DNA from: Phoronis australis
Taxonomy: Eukaryota; Animalia; Phoronida
Direction: 5' to 3'
Length of the DNA stretch: 64,000 bases
Assembly: GCA_002633005.1 (NCBI GenBank)
Contig: NMRA01000045.1
Span: forward strand, 167,456-231,455
Below are positions 1-13,214 of this stretch, piece after piece. A model generated the notes under the pieces. The model ran no database searches and had not been told where the DNA came from. It saw only the letters and a program-made list of their open reading frames with translations. Made by a program: the position numbers and the translations under genes. The stretch's first letter is position 1, and each line of letters opens with the position of its first letter.

Positions 1-3000
1 TGGTCCCTCTGCGAACTGGTCCTGTTTATATTTTCACCACGATGTACAGAATGTTTTGGTTTCTTGAAACTGTTTTCAGCTGATTCGTTTCCAGATACAT
101 TTGACGTTTTTCAATTGTGGTCAACGTGATTCAGCTTAATGAAGTGATACCTAATTGTTTATTGTCGCTTTTAATAATATACTATGAGCTGAGAGCACCA
201 TCGTTTGCCAGTTTTTCTCATAATTAGACAGAACACATGTTTATTTCCAGACTAACAGTACAGGTCTTCGTTCTTAAACAACTTGAGGCTGCTGTTACGC
301 GATCATTTGTTATTCAATGTTTTACTCCCCGTCGGGTGCTCCTTATGCTCTTGAATATTTGGTAGTTGTCTAACCCCCACACACACCACACTTTTTCATA
401 TACGACTTTTCGTATGCTAAAAAGGTGTGTATAAGCAGATGTTCCAACAAAAATTTTTGCTGGTGGCGTAATTCATACCCAGATGTGCACAAATATGATT
501 TCACGAAACTTGTGAGCCACGTTCATGCAACGAAATCGAGAAGGGTTTTAAATTATCTTAAGAAAAACTCAAGAGACATGTTATTAGTGCCAGAAACTTA
601 CCAGGATGCATGGAAATTTCACTACTTGGCTACAAAAACAAAAAAATGGTCTTACACGGAGGGGGGAAACCCCACTCCCGACCTCCCCCCTCTCGGCGCC
701 ACGTGCCTCGGATTCGACCTTTGCGGGAATCCTAAACCCCCCCCTTACTGAAAACGTAGATCCGCCCCTGTATTATTATACAACCCGATCCTGTCCAATC
801 CAATCCAGAACATTGTCATTAGGACGTTGTCTGTGTTGTTTTTTTTTCTTTTCTCAGATTACAGCGCCGTCTTTAGCTACTTTAAGACTTTAAACGCCCC
901 TTCCATCCAAGAAATGAACGGGGTTCCTGTTTTAAAGGTCGGGGTTGGTGTTTTTAGGGCTGGTTAGCTGTTTTGAAGGTGTAGAAGTCCGTTTTCCATT
1001 CCGGGATATCTGCTTTACACCGGGGTTCCAATAAGTTCGACGGAACACCTTGTGCAGTATCTTTAAAGCTAGTATATAGTCCGGATACCTATAGTCGTCA
1101 GGCTCCAATGGTCGTCAGCTATATTCTTTCACGTGCAGCGCAGCCACGCGGGACTTAGCGTTCCAATCTGGAGTGCTCGTCTGCACGTTAGATACTAACC
1201 TCTCGGGAGAAACGCGCATCGAAGAACTGAGACGAAAATCGGTGCATTTACCGACTGTTTTTTGAAACCACTTAAAAACTTGTAGATTTTACTAATGCAC
1301 TTTTTTGTTCATTTCCAGAAGATGTTTTCGAAATTAAATTTTCTTCAGACGGAAGAAAAAACAACCCAGGGATTGTTTATGCAATGTATCTATTTGTCCC
1401 AGGCACTAACCGACACCTGTTAGGCCAAAGGAAAAAACGCAGCAGACAAATTCAACACACTGGATGCTTAACAGTTTCGGCTCACGCATTGGTCAACAAA
1501 ATATTGTCCACTTGTTTTTATTGCAAAACACAGTACTGAGCTCAACATTTATGTTGAAATTTTTGGTTCAGGCATTTTGGATTTATTCGAAGAAAATTAA
1601 AAATCTTAAATTGATAGAGAGTGGCCACCAATAAAGTAAAACATTGACTTTATTTCACTATATTGCATTGTTACATACAACACAGCATGACATCATTAAA
1701 AATAAAAGAAGAGATTGAGCAATAAAATGCAAATGCAACTTGGGTATTTATTTATTTATTTATTTATTTGTTTATTTATTCATTTTTGATGGCAGAACCC
1801 TGTTAAAGCTGAGAAAAATCAAACATGATATTAGGTAATTTATTAGAACAACTGCATCGAGGTTTAATGATCAACTTCCCCCGACCAAATCTCAAAGCGT
1901 TACAGTTCTGTTTTGGCTGACAAGGTGTTAACAGAGAATGAAGAAAAACTGAAAAGGAAAAGAAAGACATCAGAGATAAGTGGTGTTAAGAACAACAAGA
2001 GCAAAAAGTCAAATAAAGAGCTCACAAATAGAAAATAAGTGGTGTCTGTCTGGAATAAAACAATTGTGTTTTATTTTCCAGAACAGAAATTCTGAACCAA
2101 TTTTAATCGATTTCGAAATCGATATCATACCAGTAACACAGTTTGTGGTTGAAGTAGAATTGTTGTAAACCACTCTCCACTATTTTCTTGGCCTTGTTCT
2201 GCGTGGTTTTCTGTTCTTTCAAAAGGCGGAACCATATGACGACCATAAATAAAAGAAAACTTTTGAATCAACGAACACTATATATGTGTGAGGGTTAAAT
2301 CACACCCTATTCAGAGCATAACTTTGAAGCGGAATAATTGGGTGAGTATGACAAGAAGCCGGTCTTATGCTTAGGTGGACGACCGTTGGGTTCCCGAGTG
2401 TACTTAGGGTCTACTATAAGCGTTAATGAATGTGAATAAAACCACATTGATCTCTCGTTAAGGTAGGCGAAAGATGACTTTTCTAAGAAAAATAGTTTTG
2501 AATACAAGGTCAATTATTTTTTTTTCTCTTTACGAAGTCCATTCCCCATTCTGAAGAACCCAGAAGCAAGTTTGGCTCGTAGACAGATCCTAAGTAAATT
2601 TTAATCATGTATTAGCTGTCTTGTTGAGATGAATCTTGATGATTGCGTGGGCCAAAATTGGACAAAATTAAGCTCTCAGTGACCTAACAGATTTTGAAAA
2701 TGTGTGACCTTCAAGTATAATGTGGGGACACGTATCCTCAAGATACTCGGGTTTCTTTGCAGGGCCCCAGCTCCACAAGAATCAAACCGTGCTGTCATCT
2801 TTGTATGCAAAGGACAGCGAAATAGCATATAAGGTCTCACAATTCCAATGGCTATTCAGCCTGTCGTCATTTTCAAGTTGTTTCATGATCTTGTCACAGG
2901 TAAGGACTCGATTTCCAAATTCATTCTCTTTAAAATGGTCACAACTGATTGTAACATTACATGAATTTTTCATAAACAATGACTTTTACATCAACCTATA

Positions 3001-3479
3001 TACAGGCAAGGTCCAGATATCTTGGCCACTTTTCATGCACAACGCTAAGCCAGAGGTGTCTGAACTGAATTATGGTCCGCGATATTCATTGAAATTGCAT
3101 TTATATTTGGAAAAAATGCAATGCGTTCGACTAGACTACATGTACACTTTGTCTTCATATCCAAAACGAGTGGGGGTGGTTGTAATGACGTCATTAGTGA
3201 ATGGTATACATGTATCATGATGGCGTGTGGGAGAGGGGGGGCAATGAGAAAGTGGTGACTTTGCTGTTCATTCTAATTATCCGTAATTTCCAGGCATTGA
3301 AGAAAAGCCAGCTTGAAAGGATTATGATGGACAGAGTGTATCCCGACGTGATGTTTTTTACAGACGGTTACTTTGATCCTTTGTTGCCAAGTTCTCTAAT
3401 GAACTCTGAAGAATAGCAACTTCGATATTGATAGCAATTGCTTTGCTTAGAAAAGTAAATTTGTATCAAATCTTCATTT

Positions 3480-4340
3480 TGACTACCATGCAGAACAAGT
3501 TACAGATCAACGTATTTATATCTCTTGACTTGCAATATACACAAATGAGATATTTTCTACAAAGTGTCACACTTTTACTTTAAGAATTGTGTATGATTGC
3601 TATCATCTTGTATCAGATTATTGGCAACTCCTATTTGAATCCTATGAAGTGTTAGCTTTTTGGTTACTGTGTTTATTCAAGCATAAGATCAGTCTGTTCA
3701 TTTTGTGGACTAGCTGTAGACACCAACGAGATATTTTCTACAAAGTGTCCAAGTTGTAATTTTAGAATTGTGGTTTTGGGAACAATTTTGCTAAAAAAAT
3801 TATATCGTATTATTGGAAACTCCTATTTGAACTCTATGAAGTGTTACATGTAGCTTTTTGGCTGCCAGGCTTATTCATGAGATCAGTTTGTTCATTCTGT
3901 AGACTAGCATTAGACACCATTGAGATGTTTTCTAAAAAGGGTTCTAGTTGTAACATTATAATTGTGGTTTTGGGAACAATTTTGCTAAAAAATTATATCG
4001 TATTATTGGAAACTCCTATTTGAAATCTACGAAGTGTTAGCTTTTTGGCTGCCAGGCTTATTCATGAGATCAGTTTGTTCATTCTGTAGGCTAGCAGTAG
4101 ACACCAATGAGATGTTTTCTACAAAGTATCCTAGTTGTGCTTTTAGAATTATATTTTTGTTAATCGTTTTGGTATCAATTTATATCACATTAATGGCAAC
4201 TCCTATTAGAGCCCTATGACGTGTTAGCTTTTTAGCTATTATGCTTAGTCAAGTATGAGATCAATCTATTCATATCTGGAAACGAGCAGTAAACACCAGT
4301 GAGATGTTTACTAACAAGGTGTCATAGTTGTGCTTTTAGC
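3480..4340 (-). repeat. Tandem array of about 4.5 diverged ~185-195 bp units, coding-like on the minus strand
   Basis: Anchor GAGAT(A/G)TTT(T/A)CTA recurs near 3547, 3728, 3922, 4109, 4301; ORFs 3841-4023 and 4034-4219 are near-copies (AFWLPGLFMRSVCSFCRLA). The minus strand reads as decayed units such as ENISMVSNASLQNEQTDLMNKPGSQKA. Confidence 0.85.
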
Positions 4341-4399
4341 CAAGCATTTGCTATTGGTAACCTGAAAATTTACCCCGACCTGTGCCCAAGCAAATGTAT

Positions 4400-7300
4400 T
4401 AACCAAAAAGCTAACACTTCAAAGGAGTCAAATACACTTTCCAATAATGTGATGCAAATTCATAGCAAAACGATTATTAAAAACACAATTCTAAAAGCAT
4501 CACGACAAGTGTGTACAGCGCCAGATGACAGACTATCGAGCAGAGCAGAAGACAGTTATGATGAAAATTCGAGACCTAACAGATCCCGACTTACTGCCAG
4601 GCCTGACGGAAGAGTAAAATTGGAAAGCGAATCCAGCTGTTCAGCCAGAAGTAGACCGTCGTGTGTATCAAACAACAGGACATTACTTCCTTCACAATTA
4701 CCTAGTCAATCATTAAAAAGGCTTGCTTTGGACATACCAGTGATGACGAGAAGGATACAATGAGGTTAGAGCAAAAGTTTGAATCCTTGGGTAGACATCC
4801 CCAGATAGGAAAAACAAAGAGTGAGGTATTCCCTAGCAGGACTGATCCGCAAGAAAGCGTCAATGCTGTTGCCAAGACTGGTGAATCAACAAGTACCAAA
4901 AGAGAATGGTCGAAATCAATGATGGGAAGTTATGGCTATAAAGACAGGGATGGAGAAGAGAACAGCCAAATGCCGGAGTTCAACCTTGCAAATGTACATC
5001 TTCATCTCCGAAAACAAACAGCACAGTCTATGCAGTCTACTTCAGAAAGATTCACTAATACCATGGATAAATTTCCGCACAATGCTGCGTCCCAACACTT
5101 AATGCGGTCTTCAATCGCTCGACCAGGGAAGGATTGGAAAGGTACTTCCAGCCCTGCATCACGACATGTGTGTGTAGTGTCCGCTGACAGCCTCTCGAGC
5201 GGGGTAGAAGACAATTTTGATGTAAATTCGAGACCTTACAGATCCAGACCTATCGCCAGGCCTGACGGAATCGTAAAATGGGAAAGCGAATCCAATTGTT
5301 CAGCCAGAAGTAGACCGTCGCGTGTACCCAACAACAGGACATTACTCCCTTCACAATTGCCAAACCAAGCATTAAGAAAAGGTTGCTTTCGACATACCAG
5401 TAAGGGACAGGTTTGTATCTTTCGATAGACATTGCCAGATGGAAAGAACAAAGAGTGAAGTATTCCATAGCTGGACTGATTCGCAAGAAAACGCCAATGC
5501 TTTTGCCAAGACTGGTGAATCAAATGCTAGCAAAAGAGAACGGTCAAAATCGATGTTGGGGAGTTTCGGCCATAAAGACAGGGATGGAGAAGAGAACAGC
5601 CAAATGCAGGAGTTCAGCTTTGCAGACGAACATCTTCAGCTCAGAAAACCAAAAGCACTGCCTATGCAATCTACTTCAGAAAGAAATATCAATTCCATGG
5701 TTAAATCTCCGCACAATGCCGCACCCAAATATATAATGCAGCCTTCAATCGCTCGATCAGAGAAGGACTGCATAGCTACTTCCAGTACTGCGTCACGACG
5801 TTTGTGTGCAGCGTCAGCTGACAGGCTATCGAGCAGGGCAGAAGACAATTATGATGAAAGTTCGCCACCTTACAGATCCAAACCTACCGCGTGTTCCAAA
5901 CAACAAGACATTACTAACTTCACCATTGCCAAACCAATCATTAAGAAAAGCTTACTTTGGACGTACCATTGATGATGAGAAGGATACAATAAGGTTAGGG
6001 CATTAGTTTGAATCCTTGGATACACATTCCCAGATAGGAAAAACAAAGAGTGAGGTACTCCCTAGCAGGACTGATTCACAAGAAAGCGTCAATGCTGTTG
6101 CCAAGACTGGTCAATCAACAAGTACCAAAAGAGAATGGTCGAAATCAATGACGGGAAGTTGTGGCTATAAAGTCAGGGATGAAGAAGAGAACAGACACAT
6201 GCAGGAGTTCAACCTTGCAAAGGTACATCTTCAACCCCGAAAACAAACAGCACAGACTATGCAATTGCCTAATCAACCATTAAGAAGAGCTTGCTTTGGA
6301 CATACCAGTGGTAACGAGAAGGATACAATAAGGTTAAGGCAAAACTTTGTATCCTTGAGTAGACATTTCCAATTTGAAAAAAACAACGAGTGGGATATTC
6401 TCTACCAGGACTGATTTGCAAGAAAGCGCCAATACTGTTGTCAAGACTGGTCAATCAACAGGTACCAAAAGAGAATTGTCGAAATCAACGTTTGGGAAGT
6501 TTTGACTATAAAGATATGGATGGAGAAGAAAACAGCCAAATGCAGGAGCATGAATGCTAGTCATCAAATTAGAAAAACAAATGCGTAGTAAAGCCAGCGA
6601 ACTTCACAAAGAAAAGTCGAAACCACAGTCGCATCCATCTACAAAACGTAGTCTTCAGTGTCGGCCAATAAAGCTTCAAGTTCACAGGCTAATAATTACT
6701 TACCTTGTTTTAGACTCATTAGCGTCAATGATTACGAAACAACTATTGCTCGATCAGAGAATGAATGGCAAAGTATTTTTTCAATCCTGCGACAAAGCGT
6801 GTGTACGCAGTGCCATCTGACAGCTCCTGGTATACGACTGACTATTGTGATTCTGGTGTATCACTCTCACACAGCTCTAATCACGTGGTCACGTCTGAAC
6901 AAGGAGTAAAATGAGAAAATGAACTCGAAAACCAGATAGCAAAAGCAAAAACGAACAAAGTCAATTCGCAACAAACCCCAAGACGTTATCTAACACTGGC
7001 GGATTAATGACGAGTACATCTATTGAAACAAATTTGTCAAAATCATCTTCGAGACGTTCTGGCTCTAAAGATAGAAGTAGAGAAGTTAAGTACAGAGGAT
7101 TGCAAGATTAAGGGCCTGACTGAGCGGACTCAATTCTTCAACTCAGGAACTCAAAAGTGCTGTCTGTCCAAGGAATTTGAAAATGAAACGTTTCTCATGT
7201 TTCTAGATCTTACCAGACGTCGAGCCTAGCTGAACATTGCAATCTTTAGCGTCTACCACTAAATTTTCAAGTCCAGAGGCTATCAGTTGAGATGGGGCTT

Positions 7301-8110
7301 TAAACATGTGCAGGAGACATCACGAAACAGTAACCGTTCGATCAGCGAATGACCGGAAATATTGCGTTACTCCTGAAACGAAACGTGAGTGTGCAGCACC
7401 ATATAACAGCCTGCCGAGCGGAGCAGGTGACAATGCTCATGACGTAAGATGTTTCCATAGGTCTCTTCCAAAGGCATACTCAGACAAACGAGTGAATCGG
7501 AAACAAGAACCCAACCATTCTGCCAGGATTGAACTGGCCGGTTCACCAACACACGGAACAATGCTTACTACGGAACTGACAGATCGATAATTAAAATATA
7601 CTAGCATTGAAGTGAAAAATGCAGACAAGAAAGAACCAGTACAGCGAGAGCACAGGCTTATATCACAGGATGAACATTGCGTGATGAGAAAAGCAAAGAA
7701 TAAGACACTGTCTAGTAGGACTAATTCGCTTCATTCAGTGTCGAGAATGTTGCCGAAGCGGCTGGTGAACCAATGGGAGGAGCAGTTGTTAGAGACTAGG
7801 TTGCAGAAGTCACTGGCGAGAAGATCTGGTTCCAAAGATGAAGAAGTAAACGAAGAAGCCATTGCAAGATCGAGATCTTACCTTCATAGATGCAGATTAC
7901 AATGTCAAACCCAAAAGCAGTGTCACACCAGTCAACTTCGCAACGAAACGGGAATAGAGTGGTTGGATCCGTGCAAAATGTAGGGCCAAACAACATAATG
8001 CGATCTTAAGTGCCGATCGTTACAGCTTCAAGTCCGATTCCTTCCGGTTTCAGATCTCGTTTCGAACACGTCAGTGAGAGGGATTACAAAACAAATTGTC
8101 ATTAGGAGGC
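4400..8110 (+). pseudogene. Decayed tandem copies of a Ser/Arg-rich module homologous to the C-terminal tail of the PHYHIP-like protein
   Basis: Unit of ~640-660 bp starting near 4496, 5155, 5790, with partial and more diverged copies to ~8110. Peptides such as RSKSMLGSFGHKDRDGEENSQMQEFSFADEHLQLRK align by eye with RSNSLAGSFGSKGGRGERENNQSRDQGPSFADANLQIRK in ORF 16910-18616. Many stops and frameshifts. Confidence 0.7.
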
Positions 8111-8365
8111 GAAGCGGTAGGCCAAACCGTCCATCTTTTGTTAAGTTACTAAGAATATACTTGCCTCACTCCCAAAAGAATCTTGTAAGGTGGCTTAGGA
8201 CATATAGCTGCAGATACAAAAATGTCACAAGAGTTCATCAGAGTAGTTGGACTCGGCTGAAAATTTGAGTCAGTCATGCTGTTGTCGGTAGGAATACGTT
8301 CGCAAATATTCGTGATCCTCTGAACAGTTTGGATGGAACTAACATATTAACAAAATTTACCACTA

Positions 8366-11081
8366 TAGTCAGGTTCACTGTGTCCAAATTTTGACATTCG
8401 TTGGAATTTTTTGGGGAAATTAGAAACTATATATTTTTGGAAACCTCATAGAATGACAAATCAGAAAATAATTGATTCCATTCTTTTCCGTGGTCATTAT
8501 CAAAGATGGTGCCGGTAAAATGGATTTTGACCAATATATCCGCCCTTAGGTCACTAAGATATGGCTTCACCTGCAGTTTTGAAGTCAGTAAATTGGAAAT
8601 TTTAAGTTTATTGGCGGCCATCTTGAAATTTCACAAATGGCGCCCGTAAAATACATTTTGCTCAGTATTTTTGCTCTTGGGTCACTTAGAATGCTAGTTT
8701 TAATGGCTGAACCAACATTTTTTGTGGGATAAAGAATTGAAAAACTCTATTTCTAAAATGATACGTATAATCTAAATGATTTTAGCAACAGATACGAACC
8801 CCCAGAATATTTAAAGGAATCACAGAAATGCAGATTAACCTACATGTATATTTCCAGTGCATATCTATATCTGTTTGAAAAGACATTTGAGATATATCTT
8901 TTGAAGATTTCGTTATTTATTCCACTGTTCACTTCGGAATCCAGTTCTCCTCTACTCAATGGAAATGCATTTTGCCTTTGACAGTCGGTTGGCAGATAAG
9001 CTTGGCTGTAACCAGGCTGAGGATCAATGACGAGAGCAACAGGAGTTGTAGCCAGCTGGGCAAATCGACCAGAAACATGCTATCAACCACTATAAATTCA
9101 CCCTAATACCAAGAGCAATCTTTGCTGCCAGTGGGGTAAAGCTGTCATGCACAGACAAATCGAATGGAATCCACCTTCTGTAGAAACTTTCCGAAGCAGA
9201 CGTCTTAGAACAGGACAGTCCTCAAGCCGCAAGAGAGGTTTTAGACCCAGAAAACATGTAAGCAACATCCAATGAATGTGTTCACCCAAGCCACAAAACT
9301 GCACGTGGGGATAGTATGGAACTGATTTTCTTAACTAGAGATTATGATGATATTCTGGCTTTTGACACTCACAAAGACAACTCTTTGAAACAAGCCACAA
9401 GAGAAAAAGGAGGCAGAGAAAGGGTCAAGTACAGTATCAGATAAGAGATGAGACTTACATAAAGAACATCCCAATGAGCCGTTTCCTCTCCCATGATCAA
9501 AAAGGCTCAACCTACTGAATACCTGTCTGCAAAGACACGTGAATATAATGAAGACTCTGTCAAGATAGCCATCAGGATGCACAAAGAGCAACCGACGTGA
9601 TCTGCGCTTAGAAGAAAACGATCACGAAAAAGCAGATGTATTGCTAATACACTGTACATCATGCAGTTCTGGCATCACATCAAAAGGTCCCTGATGCTCA
9701 GCTGATGTTTTCTTTTCACCTGACATAGATTTACTGGTACTCGTCATTGCTTATTATGACAGGCTTGTTAGAAATACTTCGGTCCCCATGGCATTGTGGA
9801 CGTGAATCCAATATGGACAATATAGGTGCTGTCCGAGCAAATAGCTCTTCCTGCTTTCCATGCTTTTACATGGATAGACAACACTGGTCCATTCTGTAGG
9901 TTGAATATATCTTTTGAAGGCAAACACCGATGATAACAATGCACAGCAGACTTTTTGTACTGCTTATGAAGTGAACCTTTTTTCACATTAGCCCCTTTTA
10001 CATGTGCATTCTCACCACAGGGTATAGACACAAATAGCATCCCAGAGCTGAGATGGTACATCTTCTGTAAACATATGGCTGACAGCAACAAACGTCCACC
10101 AACCATTGGTGCTTTGAAACAGCATGTGCTGAGGGTGTTTATTCAAGCCAGAGTGTGGGGCCAGGCAGTCATTGCTATACAGGAGTTCCTTGATCCATTG
10201 CAGAATGAATTTACGAGGACAAAGATGACCAGCTGAAACACTCATAACTGAGGAGCTTCCGGCGCCACAGGCTATCATTGATATGGTTAGATGCCAGTGC
10301 AAAAACAATTCTTCTTCCCAAAGATGCTCTTGCCGATCAAAGGACCAATCTTACACAGATCTATGTCAGTATAGTGCAGAATATCAGAATGGTGATGATG
10401 ATATGATTCCTGATGACAGTGATAGCTATAGTAATGATTTACAGACTGAATTCAAAGTTTTGAAAGACTGTTGACACTACAAAAACATACTTTCATGTTC
10501 TTCAAACGTAAGTAAGTTGTTTAGGTACTGGTTTGGTTTTAAGTGTCTTGAGGGAAACAAGCTCCGAACAAAATATACAAGAAGTAAGATAGTGATCATC
10601 TGTCGGATTACATGAAGAATGCATTTAGAAAATGTGGCTGCTAATAAATGGGGTTTTGATTATGTTTCTCGTTTAATAAGTCGCATTTTCATATTTCATG
10701 ACCACAAAAATGTGGGTGCAGCCAATAAAACTAACATTCTAAGTGACCGAAGAGCAAAGATACTGAGGAAAATGTATTTTACGGGCGCCATTTTTAAAAA
10801 TCCAAGATGGTGCCCAAAAAATTAAAATTTCCAAGTCCTTGACCTGAGAAATGCAGGTGTAGCCATAAAAACCAGCATTCTAAGTGACCCAAAAGTGGAG
10901 ATATTGGGCAAAATCCATTTTACCGGCGCTATATTTGAAAATCCAAGATGGCCGCCAAGAGGGCCGCCAAAAGTGAAATTTATTATTTTCTGATTTGACA
11001 TTCCATAAGGTTCCCAAAAATGTATAGTTTCCACTTTCCCCCAAAAATTCCAACAAAATTACATAACAAACTTGACAACTA
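8366..11081 (+). mobile_element. Academ-like (AcademX) DNA transposon remnant with long imperfect TIRs
   Basis: Ends TAG (8366) and CTA (11081); ~8395-8480 is the reverse complement of ~10975-11056 and internal subrepeats extend the symmetry. Internal broken peptides HEKADVLLIH (~9623), SPDIDLLVL (~9716), ALPAFHAFTWIDNT (~9844), PPTIGALKQHVLRVFIQARVW (~10096) and Cys-rich VRCQCKNNSSSQRCSCRSKDQSYTDLCQ match the XPG/FEN1-like nuclease plus Cys cluster of AcademX. No TSD visible. Confidence 0.7.
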
Positions 11082-12863
11082 GACGGAGCAGGTAGCAGTT
11101 GGGGACAAAAAAAACTCTCCGGCTTATTACCCTAAATCACAAGGCGCCTTAGAGAGGTTTCAATGCCACCCTTAAGATTATGATGAGAACATACTGCTTT
11201 GGCAATGACAAGAACTGGAATGAAGGAGTCCATATGCATGGACTTTTTCAAGTTCATTTGCTGCTGTTTGTTGTTAGGTAATCTGCTCAGGAGTTTTGGG
11301 ATTCAGTCCTTTGAGTTGATATTCGAGCACAACGTCCGTGGCCCTCTAGCCTTGCTGAAGAAACAGTGGGTGTGCGATTATCCAGTCTTGCATCTATTAG
11401 ATTACGTCCAGACCCTCAGATATAGACTGGGTTGGCTGGGGAAAATTTGTCGTCCAAACAAAAGAAAACGAAGACCTGGTATGACAAAAATGCGAGGAAT
11501 ATGGTATTCACTCTTACAGATGACGTTCTTGTGCTACTTCAGGTTCAGTCGAACCCTTTGCAAGCTAGGTTTCATGATCCTTACTAAGTTGTGTCAAAGG
11601 TTAATAACCTTAGATATGTGGTTGAGAGCACTGATATGAGGTTATTCAGTCAGCTTGACATGTTTTAAGGTGTTTAAAATATATCATAGCAGGTAACCTA
11701 CAAGTAGCTGCCACTGACGTGGTAGTTAAAGGTGACGAGTTTCAATTTGAAACTCAAGGAATGGATTTCAGGCATGATATTGTACTGTTGAATTCTGAAA
11801 TTCTACAAGATGTTAATTTTAAAATGAGTCACTTGGAACCTCATTAGAAACAACAAGTGAATGATTTGATATTGAAGTACAAAGATTGTTTCCTGATGCA
11901 CCAAACAGCATTGCTATTGCGTCTCACAATGTAAATGTTGCATGGTAGTGCCAAACCGATTAAACAACATCCAAAGAAGCGTGACTTAGTTGCGAAAGAA
12001 ATTGAGTATATGATTGAAAATGACATTATGCAACCATCTCAGTCAGGCTGGAGTTCACCTTGTGTTATTGTTCTAAAACCTAACGTTCTATATATACTAC
12101 ATCACTATATCACGTTCTATGTATACTACATAAGGTTAATGATATAACTACGACTGAAGCTTATCCCATTCCAAGAGTAGGCAATTGTATTCATAAGGTT
12201 AGAAAAGCGATTTATGTTACAAAAATGGAATTGTTAAAGGGTTATTGGGGTGTACAATTAACGCATAGAGCTAGAGAAATGTCTGGGCGTTTGTAACACC
12301 ATCTGGCATGTATGGATACAATGCCTTAACTTTTGGAATGAAGAATACCCCAGCTACATTTCAGAGAATGATCCACTACGCTATTCAAGGACTAGGTGAT
12401 ACTGATGGTTACATTGATGACTTGGTGACTAGAAAGGGCTTTTGGGGGGAAACATTTGGCTGTATTAGAAAATTTGCTTGTAAAACTTTCTGAGGCAAGT
12501 TTGACGGTAAATTTAACCAAGAGTGAATTTGGATATGGCACTGTGACTTAGTTAGGTTGTGCTGTTGGTCAGGATGAGATAGATCCAGTGCACTCAAACA
12601 CCATTTTCTGGGCCAACAGACGAGCACGATCTCAAAAGATTTTTTGGAATGGCTGGCTATTTTAGAAAGTTTTGCAGAGACTTTGCTGATGTTACATTGT
12701 CCTTAAATAATACGTTGAGAAGAACTGACAGAACTGTTTCGTAGGTTAAACATTGTCAGCGATATTGTGACTATTTAAAAGACATGTTTTGCCCTGTTTT
12801 CATCTGAATTTAATGATCCATTCTCACCAGCGATAGCGGGGACTACTTGTCCAAAGGGTTTTT

Positions 12864-13204
12864 AATATTCTGAAATTCTGCAATTGTACAACAAAATTAA
12901 TTTCTTTTTATATGGATGTCAAGAACTAAACTCAAACGAAAATAAGGTTGAATTTGAAATAGTATCAGAATTTCTTTATAACATTAAATCTCTTTGTGTG
13001 AGTGGATAGAATTTTATACATCTGTATGAAAATGAATTATTTTCATTCGTTGTCATATATCATTGTATTCTTAACATCAGTTTTTTTTTATTTATGTATT
13101 CGTATATAATAATTGTAAATAGACTTCTTTGTATTTTTTTACCCAGATCTAATGCCTCTTGGCGCTTTCTGGGTTATGTATATTCATTGTATTCTGAACA
13201 TTAA
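12864..13204 (+). mobile_element. 5'-truncated CR1/L2-like LINE 3' end, present in only one of the two duplicated copies
   Basis: Encodes FLLYGCQELNSNENKVEFEIVSEFLYNIKSL (typical ORF2 C-terminus), then a 3' stem-loop ACCCAGA...TCTGGGT; flanked by AAAGGGTTTTT / AAAGGGGTTTTTT direct repeats; absent at the matching site 15469-15480. Confidence 0.6.
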
Positions 13205-13214
13205 AAAGGGGTTT

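Noticed and set aside
425-893. ORFs of 108 and 95 aa
   Set aside because: No recognisable motif; they overlap a repeat end (GTAGATCCGCCCCTG at ~756-770) resembling the hAT-like MITE termini.
1980-3420. Short ORFs on both strands, possibly decayed coding sequence
   Set aside because: No family motif recognised and no consistent splice model; cannot be called without a database search.
3480-4340. Regularly spaced repeats as a possible CRISPR-like array
   Set aside because: Whole ~190-bp units are homologous with no unique spacers; eukaryotic context and no cas genes.
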